In this document: one piece after another, positions 1 through 7,976 of the stretch
Layout of the letters: each line of letters begins with the position of its first letter
How positions within the stretch are numbered: the stretch's first letter is position 1
Assembly (NCBI GenBank): GCA_963716175.1
Contig: OY970296.1
Location: forward strand, 3,840,001-3,904,000
Direction: 5' to 3'
Length of the DNA: 64,000 bases
DNA from: an uncultured Armatimonadetes bacterium
GTDB taxonomy: Bacteria > Armatimonadota > Hebobacteria > Hebobacterales > Hebobacteraceae
Position numbers and translations under genes: made by a program
The notes under the pieces: model-generated
Databases searched by the model: none
Told to the model about the DNA's origin: nothing
The model's input: the letters and a program-made list of their open reading frames with translations, nothing else

Positions 1-1
1 C

Positions 2-787
2 GACAATGACGACACGTTCCCCATGGGAGCGGCACGGACTCTGACACGCGTGATCGACGGCGGCTCCGGGTTCCAAGGGCAGAACGAGCAGATCGCTCAC
101 TTCGGCCTCGGCGGCGCGAGCACGGTGGCGGTGCGCGTTCGGTTTCCCGACGGGAGCGCGGTCATCCATGAGGGAGTAGCGGCCAACCAGCAGATCACCA
201 TCAAGGATGTGCCGGCGGGGCGGGAGGAGATCTTCCCGGACGTGCCGCTCGACTTCTGGGCCTACGCCCAGGCGAAGGCCTGCGTCGACGCGGGCATCGT
301 CACCGGCTATGACGACGGTCTCTACCACCCCGAGCGACAGGTTACCCGCGACCAGATGGCGGTCTACATCGCCCGCGCTTTGGCCGGTGGAGACGGCAAC
401 GTCCCCGCTGGCCCTGTCCAGGCCAGCTTCGGCGACGTCCCTACCAACCATTGGGCCTATAAGTACATCGAGTACGCGGTGAGCCACGACGTGGTCCAGG
501 GCTATGATGCCACCCACTATGTCCCTGATGCCGTGGTGGACCGGGGCCAAATGGCGGTGTTCGTCGCCCGCTCCCAGGGATGGGTGAACCTGGGGGACGA
601 CATGACCACCGCGCCTCAGGTCTTCCCGGATGTCCCCGCCGGGTTCTGGGCCGGCACCGCGGTCAAGGCCTGTGTGGACCACGCGGTGGTGCAGGGCTAC
701 CTCGACGGCCTCTACCATCCCAGCGACCCCGTCACCCGCGACCAGATGGCGGTGTATGTGGCGAGGGCGTTCCAGCTGTCTCTGTGA
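2..787 (+). CDS. ASPIC/UnbV-domain protein with C-terminal triple SLH domain (5'-truncated by window edge)
   Basis: Frame is open from base 2. Contains GGSGFQGQNEQIAHFGLG...VRFPDG (ASPIC/UnbV-like), then three SLH repeats (FPDVP..FWA...GIVTGY.DG.YHP...VTRDQMAVYIARA). Confidence 0.8.
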   Translation, partial: DNDDTFPMGAARTLTRVIDGGSGFQGQNEQIAHFGLGGASTVAVRVRFPDGSAVIHEGVAANQQITIKDVPAGREEIFPDVPLDFWAYAQAKACVDAGIVTGYDDGLYHPERQVTRDQMAVYIARALAGGDGNVPAGPVQASFGDVPTNHWAYKYIEYAVSHDVVQGYDATHYVPDAVVDRGQMAVFVARSQGWVNLGDDMTTAPQVFPDVPAGFWAGTAVKACVDHAVVQGYLDGLYHPSDPVTRDQMAVYVARAFQLSL

Positions 788-864
788 GACAGAGCTATCC
801 GCAGATCGTGTGGGCCCCCTGCGGCGGGCATGCCACCGGAAGCAGTGAATGAGGAGGCACGGGA

Positions 865-3048
865 ATGCTGTACGGAACGCGCGCAGCATTGCAGAGTGCT
901 CGCTTGCTCTGGCTCGTCGCGGTCGCCATCCTCTGTTCAGCGGTGCTGCCAGCGCGGGCGCAGACGAGCTTCGTCTACTTCAGCACTGACCTGGGCACCG
1001 TTCCCTACGACCAGGCGCTGGCGGTGCTGGCCTTCCAGGGCCTAGTCAACCGCGACGCACCCCGGCTGTATGTGAATACGGAGACCCTCCATCCTGATTA
1101 CGCACAGAGTGGGCCCTACTACAGCGGAAACCAGACGGATCCGATCTGGCTGGACATCTATGGCCAGCGCGGGTATAGCTACGAGTCAGTGACCAGTGTG
1201 GCCGAGTTGCTCGGTCGGCAGGACTTCCGGTCCTTCGTGTCCGGCCTCGTCATCTACAATCCTGACAAGCTCCCTGCCTCGACATGGATCGCCATGACGA
1301 TAGCGGGCATCGAGAACCGCCTCCCCGTCACTCCCGCAGTCCTAACCGCCATCCCTCAGCTCAAATCATGGTGGCCGGATACACTTGACCTGCGTTCGTC
1401 TCTCACCGAGAAGCTCTCCGCCTACCAGTGGGCGATTGACCAGTACCTCCCTCAGACCAGCGAGTCGGTGGCCTATGTCATCGGTCACGACTTCGAGGGA
1501 GGGGACCCCGGCGATTTCATGGCAGTGGACTACGCCGTTGCCAGCCGAGCGTTCGTCTTCGACCTCTCTGTAGACAGGGACAGCTACGCATCCGACGCAG
1601 GGCTGGCAGACGTCATAATGCAGCACCTGCAGCCGCCGGCTGCAGTGTGGGGATTCTACTCCGAGTACATCTGGGTCGATTACACATCCAGCCATGGCGA
1701 CTACGCCGTCCTCGGCGCGATGGCCTCCAACATGAGCTTCCACCGCGGTATCGCGCCAGCTTCCACCTGGCCGCTGCAGCAGACCAGCCGCTCCGACCTC
1801 TTGGGGCTCGCCCTCGACCCCAACACGTACTACCTCGCCACGGTCTTCACCGATGGCGACATCCCGCAGCGCCTCACTCGTTTCTTTGAGGCCGGCAACT
1901 GGTTCGACCCGGCGCGAGGGCAAGTGCCCATGAACTGGAGCATAGATCCCGCGCTCGCCCAAGAGTTCCCTGCGCTGTTCGAGTACTTCTACTCGACTGC
2001 CACCCCGAACGACTACTTCATCGCCGGCCCCTCGGGTGCCGGCTATACCCATCCCAGCGTTATGCCGAACCAGGCGGAGTACGCGGCGCTCGTGGCGCAA
2101 TGCAACGCCCTGACCGATACCGACATCGCGGTCATGTTGGACTTCGATCTCAGCGCCGCCGTCTGGGATCCTTTCCTCGCCATATCCGGGACGCAGGCTG
2201 CCGTCCAGGGCATCGTGGACATACAGGACCTGTTCTTCCGCGGCGACCACGTCCCGTTCTTTCCCATGACCTTCGCCTGGTGTTGGTGGGATGCCCAGGC
2301 CTCGCCAGATCAGATCTCGGCCGACATCGTTGCCCGGATGACGCAGGGACCGCCCCCCAACTTCGCCATCCTCTATGACGGCCAAGCGCAGAAGCCGACC
2401 ATCGCCAAGCAAGTCATGGACATGCTTGCCCCGCAGGGATACCAGCTCCTCCGCCTGGACGAGATGAGCGCGCTGGCCCGCCAGATAGACCACTTCTTCG
2501 ATGTCGGCACCAAGTACTGGGCTCACGATCAGGTCGAAGCCTGTTTCAATGCGGGCATCGTGACCGGATACTCGCCGACCCACTACCGTCCGACCTTGCC
2601 CGTCACCCGCGACCAGATGGCGGTCTACATCGCCCGCGCTTTGGCCGGTGGAGACGGCAACGTCCCCGCTGGCCCTGTCCAGGCCAGCTTCGGCGACGTC
2701 CCTACCAACCATTGGGCCTATAAGTACATCGAGTACGCGGTGAGCCACGCCGTAGTGCAGGGCTATGACCCCACTCACTATGTCCCCGATGCCGTGGTGG
2801 ACCGGGGCCAGATGGCGGTGTTCGTCGCCCGCTCCCAGGGATGGGTGAACCTGGGGGACGACATGACCACCGCCCCTCAGGTCTTCCCCGATGTCCCCGC
2901 CGGCTTCTGGGCCGGCACCGCGGTCAAGGCCTGTGTGGACCACGCGGTGGTGCAGGGCTACCTGGACGGCCTCTACCATCCCAGCGACCCGGTGACTCGT
3001 GACCAGATGGCGGTGTATATCGCGCGGGCGTTTCAGTTGCCGCTCTGA
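865..3048 (+). CDS. Secreted GxGYxYP-family putative glycoside hydrolase with C-terminal SLH domains
   Basis: Signal peptide, FQGLVNRDAPRLY, TDGD, GPSGAGYTHP motif (GxGYxYP-like), and three SLH repeats at the C-terminus. Confidence 0.75.
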   Translation: MLYGTRAALQSARLLWLVAVAILCSAVLPARAQTSFVYFSTDLGTVPYDQALAVLAFQGLVNRDAPRLYVNTETLHPDYAQSGPYYSGNQTDPIWLDIYGQRGYSYESVTSVAELLGRQDFRSFVSGLVIYNPDKLPASTWIAMTIAGIENRLPVTPAVLTAIPQLKSWWPDTLDLRSSLTEKLSAYQWAIDQYLPQTSESVAYVIGHDFEGGDPGDFMAVDYAVASRAFVFDLSVDRDSYASDAGLADVIMQHLQPPAAVWGFYSEYIWVDYTSSHGDYAVLGAMASNMSFHRGIAPASTWPLQQTSRSDLLGLALDPNTYYLATVFTDGDIPQRLTRFFEAGNWFDPARGQVPMNWSIDPALAQEFPALFEYFYSTATPNDYFIAGPSGAGYTHPSVMPNQAEYAALVAQCNALTDTDIAVMLDFDLSAAVWDPFLAISGTQAAVQGIVDIQDLFFRGDHVPFFPMTFAWCWWDAQASPDQISADIVARMTQGPPPNFAILYDGQAQKPTIAKQVMDMLAPQGYQLLRLDEMSALARQIDHFFDVGTKYWAHDQVEACFNAGIVTGYSPTHYRPTLPVTRDQMAVYIARALAGGDGNVPAGPVQASFGDVPTNHWAYKYIEYAVSHAVVQGYDPTHYVPDAVVDRGQMAVFVARSQGWVNLGDDMTTAPQVFPDVPAGFWAGTAVKACVDHAVVQGYLDGLYHPSDPVTRDQMAVYIARAFQLPL

Positions 3049-3066
3049 GGGGATGGTGTCAGTTCC

Positions 3067-3097
3067 GGTGTTTCGGGATTTGGAATCCCGAAACACC
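3067..3097. terminator. Hairpin between convergent genes (probable bidirectional terminator or REP-like element)
   Basis: ggtgtttcgggatt-tgg-aatcccgaaacacc forms a 14-bp perfect stem. Confidence 0.55.
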
Positions 3098-3105
3098 ACA
3101 CACCC

Positions 3106-4170
3106 TCACTGCCAGCGCTGGCACCAGCGCCTGCTGTTCTCGATGAGCTCCCGCCCCTGCTGCTGGCTCTCGCACCACAGATTCAGCATCAGCCGCCGCG
3201 GATCGAACTCGCGGCAGGCCTGCTCCACCTCCTCTGGCGCGAGGTTGAAGGTGATCGAGACCCCCGCCTCCTGAATCTCCCGGAGCATACGGGCGTGCCG
3301 CAGGGCGCTGGTCCCCGGCGCCGGGACCCATTGGATGCAGTGCAGCCCCTTCAGCGCCAGCAGCGCAGGCACGTGCACCTCGGTGCCGATACCGTCCAGG
3401 TGATAGGCCCCGTGGTCCAGATGCTGGTAGATCGCCCCCAGCTCTTCCGCGAACAGACGCCGGAACAGCTCCGGCGAGATCAGGGCATTGAAATCGCACT
3501 GCGTCATGTAGGTCTTGCCCCGCGATACGATCGGCCACCAGGGCGTGGTTACGTCCTGCTGGCGCGCAATCACCGCGTAGTTGCGCTCATAGGCCTCGAC
3601 CCAGAGCTGGTGCACATGCTCGACCGCCGCCTTCACCACCTCCGGGCGCTCCACTACGTCAATCAGCAGTTGCCTCCCAACCGCGCTGGCGAGCACATCG
3701 GCCACCCCGCCGATGTCGGTGATGCTCACCACCAGGTCCTCGCCCAGCTCCCCCAGCAGCAGCTCCGTCACCGCCATGATCCGCGACCACCACTTCCCCT
3801 CCGGCTGAAACCGTAGCTTCGGGTACTCCTCGATGTCCGCGAGGAACCTGGGGAACCAGGTGGTGTACTCGTGCTGGAAGTCCGGCTCTCCCCCGATGCA
3901 CCCATGCAGTATCCCAGGCCCGAAGTTCGCGAAGAAATGAGGGTAGCCCTCGGCGAGATAGGCGCTGGTGGCCAGTTGGTAGCGCGCCGCCGCCAGTATG
4001 TTGTCCGGGAGCACGCGGTCCCTGGGATCGGTCACCTGTGGCGGCCTCACTGAAGCATCGGGGTGATCTCTCGGCACGGTGATGAACAGCACCGGCCAAT
4101 CGGTGTCTTCCCCCCGCCAGAAGCGGTCGAACCGTGCCATGATCTCGGGGAACTTGTGGCGGAACTTCAC
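3106..4170 (-). CDS. Uroporphyrinogen decarboxylase / MtaA-like TIM-barrel protein
   Basis: 354 aa with QCDFNALISPELF, YHLDG and IQWVP motifs typical of this UroD-like family. Confidence 0.7.
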   Translation of the reverse strand: MKFRHKFPEIMARFDRFWRGEDTDWPVLFITVPRDHPDASVRPPQVTDPRDRVLPDNILAAARYQLATSAYLAEGYPHFFANFGPGILHGCIGGEPDFQHEYTTWFPRFLADIEEYPKLRFQPEGKWWSRIMAVTELLLGELGEDLVVSITDIGGVADVLASAVGRQLLIDVVERPEVVKAAVEHVHQLWVEAYERNYAVIARQQDVTTPWWPIVSRGKTYMTQCDFNALISPELFRRLFAEELGAIYQHLDHGAYHLDGIGTEVHVPALLALKGLHCIQWVPAPGTSALRHARMLREIQEAGVSITFNLAPEEVEQACREFDPRRLMLNLWCESQQQGRELIENSRRWCQRWQ

Positions 4171-4194
4171 TCCGGACTCCTTGCTGGTGCGGCG

Positions 4195-4473
4195 CTATCT
4201 TCCCTTATACACATCGCCTCTGGGACCGATCCTGGTGACCACAATCACCCGGTTCTGCGCGTCCACGCGGACCAAGGCACGGCGACCACCGATTCGGAGT
4301 CTCCACTCCGGGCGGCCACTAAGCTTCACCACTTGCCCACCATAGGGATCTCGCTGTAACCGCGCCAACGCCTGGAGGATCTGATCACGTTCCCGGTACG
4401 CGAGCCGCAGGAGGTAGGTTCTCGCTTGCCGCGACAGCTCGACCCGCCAAGCCGACTCAGTCGGCTCGGTCAC
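4195..4473 (-). CDS. Type II toxin, RelE/ParE family
   Basis: 92 aa, W.VELSRQA...L..DPY...KLSGRPEWRLRIG.RR...IGPRGDVYK; overlaps the upstream antitoxin. Confidence 0.85.
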   Translation of the reverse strand: MTEPTESAWRVELSRQARTYLLRLAYRERDQILQALARLQRDPYGGQVVKLSGRPEWRLRIGGRRALVRVDAQNRVIVVTRIGPRGDVYKGR

Positions 4474-4753
4474 AAAGATGCTCCCTGATCACCTCGTCTA
4501 GCGGGGTCGTTCTTCCCGCCAGGTAGTCCGCCCACCCTGCCTCTGAGTCGGCGATCTCCCGCGCCGTGAGCGGCGGCTCCTCCCCGGCGCTGGCCCGCAG
4601 GAACGCATCGAGATCATGCTGCCTGATCCGATAGCCTCTGCCCAGCTTGGCGGCACGCACCCGGCGCTGCCGGATGTAGCGTCGCAGCGTGTTCACATTC
4701 ACGCGCAGGTAGTCCGCCGCCTCTTGCGCAGTCAGCAGCCGTTCCCGTATCAT
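4457..4753 (-). CDS. Putative antitoxin with excisionase-like (HTH_17) DNA-binding domain
   Basis: LLTAQEAADYLRVNVNTLRRYI...A.KLGRGYRI plus an acidic tail (SEAGWADYLAGRTTPLDEV); lies directly upstream of the toxin. Confidence 0.75.
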   Translation of the reverse strand: MIRERLLTAQEAADYLRVNVNTLRRYIRQRRVRAAKLGRGYRIRQHDLDAFLRASAGEEPPLTAREIADSEAGWADYLAGRTTPLDEVIREHLCDRAD

Positions 4754-4776
4754 CCAAGTGCATCCTTTCGGCTGCT

Positions 4777-4805
4777 ATTGTAACGTATTAGCGCGTCAAA
4801 TGCAA
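4777..4805 (-). promoter_or_regulatory. Sigma70-type promoter of the TA operon
   Basis: Minus strand TTGCAT-17 nt-TACAAT in an AT-rich patch upstream of the antitoxin RBS. Confidence 0.55.
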
Positions 4806-4897
4806 TATTGGACCTATGCTCCTAGCCCAGACGGGCCGCAGCATCTGAGACGGCGAGCCCTGGCGCGCACCGGGCAGAACCTCGCCTCACGCCCGCC

Positions 4898-5458
4898 TCA
4901 CACCACCTCCACCGTCAGGTTGCGGTTGGTGTAGATGCAGATGTCGGCCGCGATGCTCAGCGCTTCTCGCACTATCTCCTCGGCGGAAAGGCCGGTGTGC
5001 GCCATCAGTGCTCGCGCGGCAGCCAGCGCGTAGGGGCCGCCAGACCCGATGGCGAGGATGCCATCACCCGTCTTCGCTGAAGGTTCGGCGGGCAGGTCCG
5101 GCTCGAGCAGCTCTCCTGTCCCCGACACCAGCAGCAGGTGCTCCTTGTCGGCGACCACCAGGAGCGCAGCCAACTGCCTCAGTGAGCGCTCGGTTCTCCA
5201 ATCTTTGACCAGCTGGTAGGCCGCCCGCGGCAGGTTGCCGGCCGCCTCCTCCAGTTTCGACTCGAAGCGCTCGAACAGCGCCAGCGCGTCACCGGCGGCG
5301 CCCGCGAAGCCGGCAATCACTCGATCCTGATAGAGCCGCCGCACCTTCCGCGCCCCCTGCTTCATCACCGTGTTCTCGATCGTGACCTGCCCGTCTCCGC
5401 CCACCGCGGTCTGGCCGCCGCGGCGGACGGCAAGGATGGTAGTCGAGTGAGTTGTCAT
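4898..5458 (-). CDS. hslV: ATP-dependent protease peptidase subunit HslV
   Basis: [37 protein letters not shown]. Start placed at the ATG after a GGAG RBS. Carries a 10-aa insertion (see findings). Confidence 0.93.
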   Translation of the reverse strand: MTTHSTTILAVRRGGQTAVGGDGQVTIENTVMKQGARKVRRLYQDRVIAGFAGAAGDALALFERFESKLEEAAGNLPRAAYQLVKDWRTERSLRQLAALLVVADKEHLLLVSGTGELLEPDLPAEPSAKTGDGILAIGSGGPYALAAARALMAHTGLSAEEIVREALSIAADICIYTNRNLTVEVV

Positions 5459-5490
5459 CTCGTATCTCCGGATTGTCAGGATGGCAGACT

Positions 5491-5604
5491 TGTAGGGCGG
5501 GCATATCGGGCGACATTTCAGATGGCGCCAGTATGCCCGCCGCCCAGGGAACACGGCAGGCATGCGTCGGACATTGGCATGCCCTGCGACATGCCCGCCC
5601 TACA
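5491..5604. repeat. GTAG-type REP doublet (REPIN-like)
   Basis: tgtagggcgggcat ... atgcccgccctaca terminal inverted repeats with internal palindromes; the right end includes the hisB stop codon. Confidence 0.7.
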
Positions 5605-6178
5605 GAACGCCTTTGGTGGACGGCACGCCCCGGCCGCGTTTCTCCACCGCCTGGCCCAGCGCCCGCGCAAAGGCCTTGAACGCGGCCTCGATGATGTGGT
5701 GGGTATTGCGCCCGGCCAACTGCCGCAGGTGGATGTTCATCCCGGCCGAATTGGCGATCGCTCGGAAGAACTCCTCCACCAGCTCGGTATCGAACTGCTT
5801 CACCCGCTTCGCGGGCAACTCCAATCCATAGGCGAGATAGGCCCGGCCGCCCAGGTCGAGGGCGCACATCACCAGCGCCTCATCCATGGGCGCTACCGCC
5901 CAGCCGTAGCGCGCGATCCCCTCTTTCCGGCCCAGCGCCTGCTTGAGGGACTGGCCGAGCACGATCCCGACATCCTCCACCAGGTGGTGGTCGTCCACGT
6001 GAAGATCGCCGCAGGCATTGACGGCCAAGTCCAGGCCGGCATGTCGCGCCAGCAGGTCGAGCATGTGATCGAGGAAGCCCAGGCCGGTCTCGATCCTGCC
6101 CGCGCCTTTCCCCTCCAGGCCCACGTGCACCATGACACTCGTCTCTTTGGTCTTGCGCGCCACCTTCGCCTGTCTCAT
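5600..6178 (-). CDS. hisB: Imidazoleglycerol-phosphate dehydratase
   Basis: RKTKET, FLDHML, GDLHVDDHHLVED, PMDEAL, NTHHIIEAAFKA, PSTKGVL. Confidence 0.97.
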   Translation of the reverse strand: MRQAKVARKTKETSVMVHVGLEGKGAGRIETGLGFLDHMLDLLARHAGLDLAVNACGDLHVDDHHLVEDVGIVLGQSLKQALGRKEGIARYGWAVAPMDEALVMCALDLGGRAYLAYGLELPAKRVKQFDTELVEEFFRAIANSAGMNIHLRQLAGRNTHHIIEAAFKAFARALGQAVEKRGRGVPSTKGVL

Positions 6179-6200
6179 AGGCCGTCTCCTGCGGCGCGAC

Positions 6201-7497
6201 TCACTCCTTCCTCAGCCGCGCCTGCATCGCCTTGATGTGCCCGTCCAGCCCCTCCAGGGCGGCGAGGGGTCGCACGATGTGCATGTGATCCTGCACCGCC
6301 TCCTTCGAGGTGTAGATCACGCTCGATCGCTTGAAGAAATCTATGGTGGCGAGACCCGAGGAGAACCGCGCCGTCCGACCGGTGGGCAGCGCGTGGGAGG
6401 GCCCGATCACATAGTCCCCCAGGGTCACCGGCGAAGACGCGCCCACACAGATGCAGCCTGCGTTCCGAATCTTGGGCAGCACCGAGAACGGGCTCTCGGT
6501 GCAGATCTGCACGTGCTCGAAGGCCAGCTCGTTCACCACCGCGATCGCCTCCTCCAGATCTCTGGTAACCACGATCGCGCCTCTCTCCTCCAGCGCCTGC
6601 CAAGCGACTGCCTTCCGGTTCAGCTTCTGCACCTGCTTGCTGATCTCGTTCTGCACCGGCTCCACCAGAGAGCGCGCCGGCGTGACCAGGATCGCCGCCG
6701 AGTCGGTCATGTGCTCGGCCTGGGCCAGCAGATCGGCCGCGATCAGCCGCGGCTCCGCCTTGTCGTCCGCCAGGATCACCACCTCGGAGGGGCCATAGAG
6801 CCCATCTATCCCCACCACTCCATAGACCATCTTCTTCGCCAGCATCACCCAGATGCTGCCCGGCCCGAAGATCTTGTCCACCTTCGGCACCGTCGCCGTG
6901 CCGTAGGCCAGCGCCGCGATCGCCTGCGCTCCGCCTACCTTGAAGATAGTCGTGACGCCCATCGCGTCCATGGTCGCCAGCGTGGCGGGATGCACCCCAC
7001 CGGCCTTGTCGGCCGGCGTCACCACTACGATCTCCTCCACTCCTGCCACCTGGGCCGGCGCCACGGTCATGATCACGGAAGAGGGATAGGCGGCAGTGAA
7101 CCCAGGGATATGCACCCCGATGCGCTGGATCGGCGTGAACTTCTGGCCCAATAGCGTGCCCAGTTGCCGCAGGTCGAACCAATCACCCGGCCGCTGCTTC
7201 TCGTGGTAGGTGCGGACGTGCTCCACGGCCCCGGCCACCGCCTCCAGGAAATCCGCTCCCGCGATCTCCCGCGCCTGCGCCCGCTCCGCCTCCGTCACGG
7301 GCATCCGCTCCGCAGTCATGTCAGGGCAGTCGAACTTGCCGCGTGTACTCCAGCAGCGCCTCGTCCCCGCGGGCGCGCACCGCCTCGACGATCTCCCGCA
7401 CCACCGCCTCTTGCTCTGCTGCCTCCTGCAGGAAGGGCGCCGAGAGCTCGTCCGCCACCTGTCTGGGAGTCCGCCGCCGGGTTGTGATAATCCGCAT
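6201..7497 (-). CDS. hisD: Histidinol dehydrogenase (apparent one-base frameshift near 7340)
   Basis: ORF 6201-7319 has GGAQAIAALAYGT, GPSE, DLLAQAEH and GPSHALPT. The N-terminus (MRIIT...VRARGDEALLEYTR) starts at 7497 in another frame and joins as EYTR-KFDCPD if one base is removed. Confidence 0.88.
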
Positions 7498-7512
7498 CAG
7501 CCAGTCCTTCTC

Positions 7513-7976
7513 TCAGCCACAGACGAACGTAGATGAACTCGGATAGGGGCCCGGATATATCTCACATACCTGTAGATGGCTACTAGCAGACAATACGTCT
7601 GATCTCCAGTTTCGGCCGGCCGAAGTTGAGGAGCAAGCACAAGGGAAGGCCGGTAGCTTTGAGGTAGTTCAGGCATTGGGCCATGTGTGGCTCTCCCAGC
7701 GTGCTGGTCGCTTTCAGTTCGACGACGATGCATTCCTCCACCAGCAGATCAGCCGCGAACTCGCCAATGACCCGGCCATCGTACCGCACTTCAACGCCAT
7801 GCTGCTGCACCACGCGGAGACCAGCCTTGCGCAGCTCCAGTGCGAGTGCGTTCTCGTATACCTTCTCCAGGAAGCCGCACCCGAGAGTGTTGCTGACGGT
7901 GAAAGCGCAACCGATAATCGCTTGCGTAATTTCGTTCAGCTTTGATCTGTGTGTATCTGTGTCCATCTGTGGCTAA
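7513..7976. mobile_element. Putative minimal cassette: GxxExxY gene between 32-bp imperfect inverted repeats
   Basis: 7513-7544 tcagccacagacgaacgtagatgaactcggat versus the reverse complement of 7945-7976, ttagccacagatggacacagatacacacagat: 23/32 identical with a 10-nt period. Confidence 0.5.
7583..7966 (-). CDS. GxxExxY protein (PD-(D/E)XK nuclease superfamily)
   Basis: LGCGFLEKVYENAL, ADLLVE..IVVELKA, AQCLNYLKAT, LLLNFG. Confidence 0.93.
   Translation of the reverse strand: MDTDTHRSKLNEITQAIIGCAFTVSNTLGCGFLEKVYENALALELRKAGLRVVQQHGVEVRYDGRVIGEFAADLLVEECIVVELKATSTLGEPHMAQCLNYLKATGLPLCLLLNFGRPKLEIRRIVC

Noticed and set aside
344-3040. SLH repeat pair as a diversity-generating retroelement TR/VR pair
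   Set aside because: Differences are mostly synonymous and not adenine-specific, both copies are coding, and there is no reverse transcriptase in the window.
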